A stretch of 43,115 nucleotides of DNA, from NCBI GenBank assembly GCA_964607105.1, contig CAZSJH010000002.1, positions 1 through 43,115 on the forward strand, written 5' to 3'. Positions 1 to 8,406 of the stretch are shown piece after piece. The notes beneath the pieces are model-generated. The model searched no databases, was not told where the DNA came from, and saw only the letters and a list, made by a program, of their open reading frames with translations. The first letter of the stretch is position 1. Every line of letters starts with the position of its first letter. Source of the DNA: an uncultured Rikenellaceae bacterium. Lineage in GTDB: Bacteria; Bacteroidota; Bacteroidia; Bacteroidales; VadinHA17. The position numbers were made by a program, and so were the translations under genes.

Positions 1-4
1 CTCC

Positions 5-1711
5 TTGCTTTTTCGTTCATATGCTGGTATTCTGAGGCATACAACATTAACTGATATAACTCTGTTATTCGCAGTCACTACCTCATCCCTATTGACACTT
101 ATCGGATTTTCTATAATTAGCAGGCTATCAGGCTGGGGTTATTATCTGACTATATCTATATCCGTAATACTGATTCATTATGTTTCTATAACTGTCTTCT
201 TATTTTTTTCAAGGCTTTTTGTTAAGATGATCTTTCGTTTTGCAACAATGACCCGTAGGACCACTAAAAAAGTCCTTATTTACGGTGCTGGAGAGATGGG
301 TTTTGTTGTTAAACGGGTCCTTTTAAGTGATCCCTTGTCTGCTTTTGATGTAGTGGGTTTCATAGATGATAATAAGAAACTGCAGGGTAAAAAGATCAAC
401 GGCTTGCCCGTTTTTAGTTCTGAAGTGCTCAATACAAATTTCCTTTACAAGCATAAGATTAGCACTCTCATAATTGCCATAAAAAACGTAAAACCGGGAA
501 GGAAAAGTGAAATTTTACGGGCCGCAATAGATCTTGGGCTTGAAATACTTGAAACACCTGCAATTGATAAATGGCTGGGGGGTAAGCTCAATGTTGAGCA
601 GCTTCAAAATGTCAAACTTGAAGATCTCCTAGGCAGAGATCCAATAAGGTTGAACTTGGATCTTATCAGGCAGGGACTGAATGACAAAACTATACTTGTT
701 ACAGGAGCAGCCGGATCAATAGGTTCAGAAATAGTACGACAGCTGGCGATGTTCAATATTAAGAAAGCTATTCTTGTTGATTATGCAGAAACACCAATGT
801 TTCATCTTGATAATGAGTTGCGAAAACAGTTTAGTCACATTCAGTTTGATTTAATACTGGCGGATATAACAAATGCTAAAAAAATGGATCTCATTTTCAG
901 AGAGCATAAACCTGAAATTGTTTTCCATGCAGCAGCATATAAACATGTTCCGCTGATGGAAGCCAATCCTCATGAAGCTTTGAGGGTTAATGTTGGAGGC
1001 ACAAAACTAATCACTGATCTTTCAGTAAAATATGAGGTCAAGAAATTTGTCATGATCTCGACGGATAAATCGGTTAATCCTGTCAATATTATGGGTACAT
1101 CCAAGCGTCTTTGTGAGATGCTTTTGCAATCCAAGGCGCAGGATAAAGAGATTAATACACAATTTGTAATTACACGTTTTGGCAATGTCCTTGGCTCAAA
1201 TGGTTCAGTTATACCAATATTTGAAAAACAGATAAAGGATGGAGGCCCGGTTACAGTTACTCACCCCGAGGTAACCAGGTATTTCATGACAATCCCGGAA
1301 GCATGTGAGCTGGTACTTGAAGCGGGTTTTATGGGGAAAGGGAATGAGATCTTCGTTTTTGATATGGGTGATCCTGTTCCTATCGTCGACTTGGCATATC
1401 AGATGATACAACTTTCCGGACTGGTACCTGAGAGGGATATTGAAGTAATATTCACTGGTTTGCGACCCGGTGAAAAACTATATGAGGAATTATTAACAAA
1501 AGAAGAAAATACCCTTCCCACCCATCACCCTAAGATAAAAATTGCCAGGGTTACTGAAATAGACATATTAACTTTTAACGAAAAGATTGATAAATTATTG
1601 AACAATATTTACAGCTTATCAAATAGTGGAATAATAAATTCATTTAAGGATCTGGTACCTGAATATAAACCTACCACCACTGAGAAGTGGTCACTACCTA
1701 AGCCCATTTGA
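5..1711 (+). CDS. capD: CapD/PglF/WbpM-family membrane-anchored NAD(P)-dependent nucleotide-sugar (UDP-HexNAc) 4,6-dehydratase; the 5' end probably lies upstream of the window
   Basis: The frame is open to the left window edge. Hydrophobic N-terminal helices are followed by two Rossmann motifs (YGAGEMG, VTGAAGSIGSE) and the SDR catalytic AAYKHVP motif typical of the family. Confidence 0.85.
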   Translation: MLFRSYAGILRHTTLTDITLLFAVTTSSLLTLIGFSIISRLSGWGYYLTISISVILIHYVSITVFLFFSRLFVKMIFRFATMTRRTTKKVLIYGAGEMGFVVKRVLLSDPLSAFDVVGFIDDNKKLQGKKINGLPVFSSEVLNTNFLYKHKISTLIIAIKNVKPGRKSEILRAAIDLGLEILETPAIDKWLGGKLNVEQLQNVKLEDLLGRDPIRLNLDLIRQGLNDKTILVTGAAGSIGSEIVRQLAMFNIKKAILVDYAETPMFHLDNELRKQFSHIQFDLILADITNAKKMDLIFREHKPEIVFHAAAYKHVPLMEANPHEALRVNVGGTKLITDLSVKYEVKKFVMISTDKSVNPVNIMGTSKRLCEMLLQSKAQDKEINTQFVITRFGNVLGSNGSVIPIFEKQIKDGGPVTVTHPEVTRYFMTIPEACELVLEAGFMGKGNEIFVFDMGDPVPIVDLAYQMIQLSGLVPERDIEVIFTGLRPGEKLYEELLTKEENTLPTHHPKIKIARVTEIDILTFNEKIDKLLNNIYSLSNSGIINSFKDLVPEYKPTTTEKWSLPKPI

Positions 1712-1784
1712 ATTCATTATCTGGCAGAAGGTAAAAATTTTACCTGCTAATATGGATGCAATCATAAAAGATGATAACTAAGCG

Positions 1785-3242
1785 GTGAGTCTGAAACAAA
1801 AGACAGTTAATGGACTAACCTGGAATTTCGCAGGTAGTGCTTTTGAAAAGATAATTAGCTTTGTTGTTGGTATTATTCTGGCCAGGTTACTAACCCCAAG
1901 AGAATATGGCTTAGTTGGCATGGTGACTATTTTCCTCGTTTTAACACAACCATTTATAAATAGTGGTTTCAGTCAGGCTCTTATAAGAAAGCAGGATTGC
2001 GATCAGCATGATTTTTCAACAGTTTTTTACTTTAATTTCTTTGTTGGTCTTTTACTCTATATCATTTTATATTTTTTTGCTCCTTATATAAGTATATTTT
2101 TCAAAGAGCCTCAACTTACCAAACTTACAAGAGTAATCGGGACTATCGTCATAATTGATGCTGCTTCTCTCATTCAAACAACCATACTGACCAAAGAGAT
2201 CAATTTCAAGAAACAAAACCAGATAAATATTGCATCAATTTCTGTATCAGGAGTAATTGGGATATATCTTGCATATAAAGGTTTTGGCGTATGGAGCCTG
2301 GTATACAGATCGATATCACAGCACATTCTAAGATCTGCCTTATTATGGATAAGTAACAGATGGATGCCGTCAAGGGTATTTAGTATGAGGAGTTTTAAAG
2401 AAATGTTTGGCTTTGGATCAAATCTCCTATTTACCGCAATAATCGATAAGCTTTACTATAATATATACAATCTTGTTATTGCCAAGTTTTTTTCTGCCAA
2501 GGAACTGGGACTTTACTCCAGGGCTGATATGTTTAAAAGTCTAGCTTCTACGCAAATAAGTGAAATAATTGCAGTGGTGGCCTTCCCGGCATTGTCTCGG
2601 CTCCAAAATGATCCTGATCGTTTATCTGATAATTATAAGAAGATACTTAACAGTACAATGTTCATAGTTTTCGTTCTATTATTAATCATTGCTGCAAGTG
2701 CCGAATCATTAGTGTTAACACTTATAGGTGAAAAGTGGATTGAATCAGTGATATATCTTCAGTTGCTTTGCTTTGTAGGGATTTTTTACCCTCTAAATGC
2801 TATGGCCAGAACCTTGCTCTACGTATTTGGGAAAGGAAAACTGACTCTTAAGTTGGAAATATTAACCAAGCTGTTTATGATCCCTGCAGTGCTTACAGGA
2901 ATATTTTTGGGCATTAAGGCTATGATCGTAGCAATGATTATTGTAAGTGCTGCCGAATATATTTTAAAAGCCTTTTATTCCGGCAGACTAATAGGATATT
3001 CAGTTGTGAGCCAGTTCAAAGATTTGTCAGCGTCATTCTTTATAGCTATATCCATAGGGGCTTTTCTTCTTCTTTTTGATCATTTTATCACCTGTAGTAC
3101 TGCCTTAAAATTTATTTTGCAGATTGTTCTCGGTACTTTTCTTACAATTGGTATTTCTGAAATTTTTAAGATTCGCGAATATATGTTTATTAAAGTAACA
3201 CTAATAGACCTAGTTAAAGGGCTCCTGAAAAAAGAATCATAA
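1785..3242 (+). CDS. wzx: Wzx-type (MOP superfamily) polysaccharide flippase, copy 1
   Basis: 485 aa multi-TM protein with the typical N-terminus (GLTWNFAGS...ILARLLTPREYGLVGM...QPFINSGFSQALIRKQ). GTG is the first possible start, one codon after an in-frame TAA. It is a paralog of 5742..7217. Confidence 0.8.
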   Translation: MSLKQKTVNGLTWNFAGSAFEKIISFVVGIILARLLTPREYGLVGMVTIFLVLTQPFINSGFSQALIRKQDCDQHDFSTVFYFNFFVGLLLYIILYFFAPYISIFFKEPQLTKLTRVIGTIVIIDAASLIQTTILTKEINFKKQNQINIASISVSGVIGIYLAYKGFGVWSLVYRSISQHILRSALLWISNRWMPSRVFSMRSFKEMFGFGSNLLFTAIIDKLYYNIYNLVIAKFFSAKELGLYSRADMFKSLASTQISEIIAVVAFPALSRLQNDPDRLSDNYKKILNSTMFIVFVLLLIIAASAESLVLTLIGEKWIESVIYLQLLCFVGIFYPLNAMARTLLYVFGKGKLTLKLEILTKLFMIPAVLTGIFLGIKAMIVAMIIVSAAEYILKAFYSGRLIGYSVVSQFKDLSASFFIAISIGAFLLLFDHFITCSTALKFILQIVLGTFLTIGISEIFKIREYMFIKVTLIDLVKGLLKKES

Positions 3243-3333
3243 TAAACTAATGACACTTGCCCAGAGACCAAAAGACATTGTTTAACTCAAGTGTTATTAT
3301 GTTAGCTTAGGTCGACTGAGACTCGAATAAAAA

Positions 3334-5019
3334 ATGAGAATGAAACAGGAAGTATCATCGATACATATTTACTCAAAGTTAAATCCCAAAAAGATAAATA
3401 TTGGGGCATTCAATACTTATATCAGTGGTTTACCTCTTTTGATGGAAAAAAGGGGGTTGGGAGATGATTGGATTAGAAAATTAAATAAGGAGCTTATACA
3501 TAAACATATTAAGTCTGATAATGTATTAAAAGATTTGCTTAAATCTACCACCGGTTCCTTTTCATTAATTTTTTGGGATGGACAGGATTATATACTTGCT
3601 TCTGATATTATTAGAAGTTACCCACTTTTTTATGGATTTCATAAGGACAGGGTATTCATTACGGATAATCTAGATGAGTTCCAGAAAGAGAACGGTAGTT
3701 TTCAGATTGATAATAATAAACTTGTAGAGTTCTGCAGCACTGGCTGTGTGTATAATAATGGTACAGTATATCAGGATGTATATAGCCTCCAGGCTGGTGA
3801 GATAGTTACAATACGAAATAATAGTATAATTTCAGAACGATACTTCGAACTAATACCCAAAGAGTCTATTATCTTTAGGAATCTTTCTGATCTTGAGTAT
3901 ATAAAAAAATTCGATAATATACTCATGCTAATCTTCTCACGCTTGATCGGCAACCATCCTGATGTAAACAGGTGGGTAATTCCCCTCAGTGGAGGTCATG
4001 ATTCAAGGCTAGTAGTCAATTATCTTTATAGATTGGGAATAAAAAATGTTGTTTGTTTTTCCTATGGTACCCCAAAGAATGAACAATCTGTTATAAGTAA
4101 GCAAGTTGCTGAATCTTTAGGTTATGATTGGCATTTTGTCGAATATACAGATGAAAAATGGAAAGCACTTCATACAAATGGGGTTTTCAGTAACTATATT
4201 TCGTATGCGTGGAATGGTGTTTCAACACCTCATCTTCAGGACTTTCTGGCTGTTTATGAATTAAAGGAAAAAAGTATAATACTCGAAGGAGATATATTTG
4301 TCCCAGGCCATACAGTTGTTCCCGAAGGTGCATTTCATGCGAATACCCAGAAATTAGAAACTAGAGAAGAAGCCCTGGAATATGTTTTTACAAGGAATAT
4401 ATTGACTAACAGAGTATTAAAGGAGGGATCTTCGGTATATAATGAACTTCAGCTTATGTATGACAAGTCAAATACCAGCCCGAAAAACTTCATGGGATAT
4501 TGTGACTGGCAGGAGAGGCAATCGAAGTTTATTTCAAACAGCATTAAAGTATATGAGTTTTTTGGGTTTAAAACATTACAACCTATGTGGGATAGAGAGT
4601 GGGTCGATATCTGGATGAAGATTCCTGCAGAAAGGAGAGTGAATAGGGCCCTCCAGTTTTTAATGGAAGAACGAGGTGGATTAGTAAGTCAGTTACTACA
4701 TATTCCATATGCTGACGATGATAAAAAACCGGGTAAGTTTTCTCTGAAATCAATTTTGAAAAGAGTATTACCCAGTTTTGCAATAGTCCTATTACTACGT
4801 TTAACGAGGAGCTGTGTTGTCCTGGATGAAGCTATGAACATGCCATATGCAGTTGGAGATGTCACTGTGAAAAAATTTCTTGAGCCGATAGAAGACTTCC
4901 CGGAAAAGGTTATTTACTATTATAAAAATATAATGCCTCGTTACACATATCAGGTCGAGTCTAATATGTTGACAGTTCTTTATATTGTCAGAAGGCTTCA
5001 TGATAGGGTGAGAACTTGA
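3334..5019 (+). CDS. Asparagine-synthetase-B-like PP-loop ATP pyrophosphatase lacking the N-terminal Cys nucleophile, copy 1
   Basis: PP-loop PLSGGHDSRLV. The upstream region aligns by eye with the distal half of the glutaminase domain of the bona fide AsnB at 40434..42428 (SFSLIFWDGQDYILASDIIRSYPLFYG vs QFAFAIWDKQKEELFIARDRVGIRPLFYN; VYSLQAGEIVTI vs IYELSPGHYLIY). There is no MCG start. It is a paralog of 8407..10089. Confidence 0.7.
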   Translation: MRMKQEVSSIHIYSKLNPKKINIGAFNTYISGLPLLMEKRGLGDDWIRKLNKELIHKHIKSDNVLKDLLKSTTGSFSLIFWDGQDYILASDIIRSYPLFYGFHKDRVFITDNLDEFQKENGSFQIDNNKLVEFCSTGCVYNNGTVYQDVYSLQAGEIVTIRNNSIISERYFELIPKESIIFRNLSDLEYIKKFDNILMLIFSRLIGNHPDVNRWVIPLSGGHDSRLVVNYLYRLGIKNVVCFSYGTPKNEQSVISKQVAESLGYDWHFVEYTDEKWKALHTNGVFSNYISYAWNGVSTPHLQDFLAVYELKEKSIILEGDIFVPGHTVVPEGAFHANTQKLETREEALEYVFTRNILTNRVLKEGSSVYNELQLMYDKSNTSPKNFMGYCDWQERQSKFISNSIKVYEFFGFKTLQPMWDREWVDIWMKIPAERRVNRALQFLMEERGGLVSQLLHIPYADDDKKPGKFSLKSILKRVLPSFAIVLLLRLTRSCVVLDEAMNMPYAVGDVTVKKFLEPIEDFPEKVIYYYKNIMPRYTYQVESNMLTVLYIVRRLHDRVRT

Positions 5020-5110
5020 TAAAAAGATACCTTTAGTTACTTTTTTGAGATTTAGCCAGTAACAATCTAAAGGAGATAAAATTATTCCAGGAGATTTTAA
5101 TATCCAACTT

Positions 5111-5725
5111 ATGAATAAACGAAAAATATTAATTGTCCCTGTGATATTCTATCCCCAGAAAGCACTACTGTCTTACCGTACACCCGAAAGTGCACAATAA
5201 TATGACCAACAGTGATATAATGTGGTTTTGTATATACCATTAAGGGGATCTGATTATTTCTGTTGCATCTCCTTTCACTATACACTGGGGTGTTGAAAGA
5301 AGCAGAACAAAGAATCATAAGATAGCACATACTTGCATTGCTGATCCCTATAAGGACAATCAGGCAGACAGTATGAGAAAGCCATTCTATTTTAAGTATA
5401 TTGAAAAATTGGTCTCCAGGGAATGTGGATATCTGGCTATTACATTTAAAGCTTTAAGAAATAAATTTTACCTTGAGTTCCACAATATAATAGTTATTAT
5501 TCAACAGGTTTACAAAATACAAGATATAAAGCGTGCAGAAAGACTAAATAATAGTTTACCTACTTTTGTATTTTCAGGTTCTACTATTCCCGGTATGCGT
5601 CATCTTGATTTATTTTTTAGAATATGAAAAGATGTTAATCACGAATTCAATTCTGTGTATATACCAGCCAGCTTAACTATTTTTAAACCTCATGTGGAAT
5701 ATTGTGGAGATAGTCTGGTGATCAG
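5111..5725 (+). pseudogene. Decayed copy of the GT-B glycosyltransferase encoded at 10182..11306
   Basis: Hand translation gives MNKRKILIVPVIFYPQKALLSYRTPES then a stop (intact copy: MDRKKILIVSATFYPENSPRSFRTTEL). Further fragments follow in other frames: VVLYIPLRGSDY, ISVASPFTIHWGV...KNHKIA, RKPFYFKYIEKLVSRECGYL...LPTFVFSGSTIPGMRHLDLFF and GDSLVIS. There is an internal deletion and a 3' truncation just before wzx copy 2. Confidence 0.8.
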
Positions 5726-5741
5726 CTAAATAAAATCTGAT

Positions 5742-7217
5742 TTGAGCCTTAAACATAAAACAGTAAGTGGATTAACGTGGAGTTTTGCAGGTGATTTCAT
5801 AGAGAAGATTATTGTCTTTGTTGTTGGCATTATACTGGCACGATTACTGACTCCTAGAGAATATGGGCTTGTTGGCATGGTTACAATCTTTATTGTCTTA
5901 ACCCAGCCCTTTATTAATAGCGGTTTTAGCCAGGCATTAATAAGGAAGCAGAATTGCACTAAAACTGATTTTTCAACTGTTTTTTACTTCAATTTCCTTG
6001 TCGGTGTGGTTTTTTATGTCTTACTCTTTTTTGCTGCTCCTTTGATCAGTAGGTTTTTCAAAGAACCACAGTTAACAGTACTGACCAGAGTAATAGGTAT
6101 AATAATTATTATAGATGCAGCCACGCTTATCCAAACTACTATACTTACAAAGAATATTGACTTTAAAAAACAAACCCAGATTCTTGTAATCTCATCTCTG
6201 CTTTCAGGCGGACTTGGAATTTTTCTAGCTTACTCTGGTTTTGGAGTATGGAGCCTGGTGTATAAAACAATAGCTCAACATACCATTAGGTCTGCTTTAT
6301 TATGGTTTATGAACAGGTGGTTACCAGCCAGGACATTCAGTAAAACAAGTTTTAAAGAGATGTTTGGCTTTGGATCAAATCTATTAATAAGTGCAATACT
6401 CGATAAGGTATATTACAATATTTATAATCTGATTATAGCGAAATTCTTTTCAGCAAGGGAACTTGGTTTATATTCCCGGGCTGACATGTTTAAGAATATG
6501 GCTTCAACAAATATCAGCAATATAATCGGCAGGGTCTCATTTCCTGTTCTGTCGAACCTTCAGGATGATCCGGAGCGTTTAAGTGCCAATTATAAGAAGA
6601 TCCTTACGAATACGATGTTTATAACCTTTATCTTAATGATCAGCATCGCTGCAGCAGCTAAACCACTAATTCTGACACTTATTGGTGAAAAATGGGCTGA
6701 TGCTATTGTATATCTACAACTGCTGTGTTTCGTAGGAATTTTTTATCCGCTGCATGCCATGACCAGGACTTTGCTGTATGTTTATGGAAAAAGCAGACTC
6801 TTCCTCAATCTGCAGATAGTTTCCAAACTATTGACAATCCCGGCTATAATGGTTGGGATATTTTATGGCATAAAGGCAATGATAATCGGAATGATAGCTG
6901 CCGGTGCCATTGAATACTTCATGAAAGCATATTATTCGGGGAAAATAGCAGGTTATTCGATTAAGGAACAGATAAAGGATTTGTTACCTATTGTTTTCCT
7001 TGCGCTTTTTATCGGAACTATACTGTCACTTATTCTTTATTTTATGAAAGCAAGCCCGGTAATAATATTGACTCTCCAGGTAATTATGGGTATTGGATTA
7101 ACTATAAGTATCTCTCATTTGTTCAAAATCCCTGAGTACATCTTTATAAAGTCAATACTAAGAGAAAAGCTGGGCGATATACTTAATAACCGGAGAAATA
7201 AATTTAATCAAGACTAA
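5742..7217 (+). CDS. wzx: Wzx-type (MOP superfamily) polysaccharide flippase, copy 2
   Basis: 491 aa and colinear with 1785..3242 over the whole length, with long identical blocks such as VVGIILARLLTPREYGLVGMVTIF and LQLLCFVGIFYPL. TTG is the first possible start after an in-frame TAA. Confidence 0.8.
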   Translation: MSLKHKTVSGLTWSFAGDFIEKIIVFVVGIILARLLTPREYGLVGMVTIFIVLTQPFINSGFSQALIRKQNCTKTDFSTVFYFNFLVGVVFYVLLFFAAPLISRFFKEPQLTVLTRVIGIIIIIDAATLIQTTILTKNIDFKKQTQILVISSLLSGGLGIFLAYSGFGVWSLVYKTIAQHTIRSALLWFMNRWLPARTFSKTSFKEMFGFGSNLLISAILDKVYYNIYNLIIAKFFSARELGLYSRADMFKNMASTNISNIIGRVSFPVLSNLQDDPERLSANYKKILTNTMFITFILMISIAAAAKPLILTLIGEKWADAIVYLQLLCFVGIFYPLHAMTRTLLYVYGKSRLFLNLQIVSKLLTIPAIMVGIFYGIKAMIIGMIAAGAIEYFMKAYYSGKIAGYSIKEQIKDLLPIVFLALFIGTILSLILYFMKASPVIILTLQVIMGIGLTISISHLFKIPEYIFIKSILREKLGDILNNRRNKFNQD

Positions 7218-7240
7218 TATGGTGAAAAATTGATCTCTTT

Positions 7241-8398
7241 ATGAAAGCAAAAACTGGACAGGAAAGTCCTGTTTCTCTATTCATATGTGGGGATATACTC
7301 AATAAAGAAAAAACTGAAGGATTGGTTTGTTCTCCGGAAATGGAGCAACTTGTTTCTTCAGCTGATTATTCAATATGTAATTTTGAGGCTCCTGTTTCAG
7401 GATTTGGAAAGGAACAGGATACCCCGGGAGGTCATCATAATCAAAGGCCGGAGACAATACCGGGTCTCAGGATACAGGGGTTTAATATGCTATTATTAGC
7501 CAATAATCACATGTTGGATTTTGGTAAACCGGCCCTGGAAGCCACTTTGAAACTAGCCGAAGAAAATGGACTTGATACAATAGGGGCCGGCTCAGATGAA
7601 GAATTTGCTTATCAGCCTGTTGTTAAACTAATAAAAGGCTTAAAACTTGGATTTATAAATGCCTGTGAGGCACAATTCGGTGTTCTTGACTATATGACCG
7701 GATCAAACAAGGCTGGTTATGCATGGATAAACCATTCTGTAATAGATAAGAATATACTATTGCTCAAAAAGAAGTGTGATTTTGTTATTGTGTTTTCACA
7801 TGCAGGATTAGAGGATTTCCCCATTCCGCAAAAGGAATGGAGGATAAGATACAAACATTTATGTGATCTGGGTGCAGATGTAGTCATTGGTTCCCATCCC
7901 CATGTTCCACAGGGTTATGAGCATTATGGAGAATCATTAATTTTCTATAGCCTTGGTAATTTTTATTTTGATACACGTCGTTACAGGCAAAAAGAAAATT
8001 CTTCTTTTTCAGTTTGGCTTGAATTGAAAAAAGGAGGGAAACCTTCTTTCAGACCTGTATATCATTATAAGCACGATGGTTTTACGGACTTTGCACCAGA
8101 GAATAAAAGAGTTGATATAGATAAACTTAATAGTCTCCTGGGTGATGCCTATGAGACTGAGCACGATAAGATGAGCATGACCGTTTATAACAGGATTAAG
8201 AATAAATTGACAATCTCCTTGTTCCCTCCTATTCCGGTTGATGGAAAGATAAAAACTTTTTTCAGGATGTTATTATCGTTGATCATTAAGAAAAAAATCA
8301 GCTATCGGGATCTTCATCAACTAATCTTATTTAGAAATGATTCCCTTTATTTTGCGATACGTCATGCCCTGGAACTAAAGGTACAAAATAGAAGATAA
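7241..8398 (+). CDS. CapA/PGA_cap-family metallophosphatase-fold protein (family of the poly-gamma-glutamate capsule protein CapA/PgsA)
   Basis: Ordered family motifs are present: ICGD, CNFEAP, LANNHMLDFG, VFSHAGLE, GSHPHVPQG, YSLGNFYFD. Confidence 0.75.
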   Translation: MKAKTGQESPVSLFICGDILNKEKTEGLVCSPEMEQLVSSADYSICNFEAPVSGFGKEQDTPGGHHNQRPETIPGLRIQGFNMLLLANNHMLDFGKPALEATLKLAEENGLDTIGAGSDEEFAYQPVVKLIKGLKLGFINACEAQFGVLDYMTGSNKAGYAWINHSVIDKNILLLKKKCDFVIVFSHAGLEDFPIPQKEWRIRYKHLCDLGADVVIGSHPHVPQGYEHYGESLIFYSLGNFYFDTRRYRQKENSSFSVWLELKKGGKPSFRPVYHYKHDGFTDFAPENKRVDIDKLNSLLGDAYETEHDKMSMTVYNRIKNKLTISLFPPIPVDGKIKTFFRMLLSLIIKKKISYRDLHQLILFRNDSLYFAIRHALELKVQNRR

Positions 8399-8406
8399 TT
8401 TTTAAG

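Noticed and set aside
5030-5073. Imperfect inverted repeat (CCTTTAGTTAC ... GTAACAATCTAAAGG) after the AsnB-like copy 1 stop, as a possible terminator
   Set aside because: The stem is interrupted, the loop is long, and there is no downstream T-run. It lies at the edge of the pseudogene region and is probably fortuitous.
5109-5627. ORF-track entries 5109..5330 (minus) and 5373..5627 (plus) as independent small genes
   Set aside because: The plus-strand entry is one reading-frame fragment of the decayed glycosyltransferase, and the minus-strand entry is antisense to another fragment. Neither is a free-standing gene.
6725-7499. Same-strand alternative-frame ORFs 6725..6913 and 7287..7499
   Set aside because: They are embedded out of frame within wzx copy 2 and the CapA-like gene respectively. 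They have no motifs, and the host frames are strongly supported.
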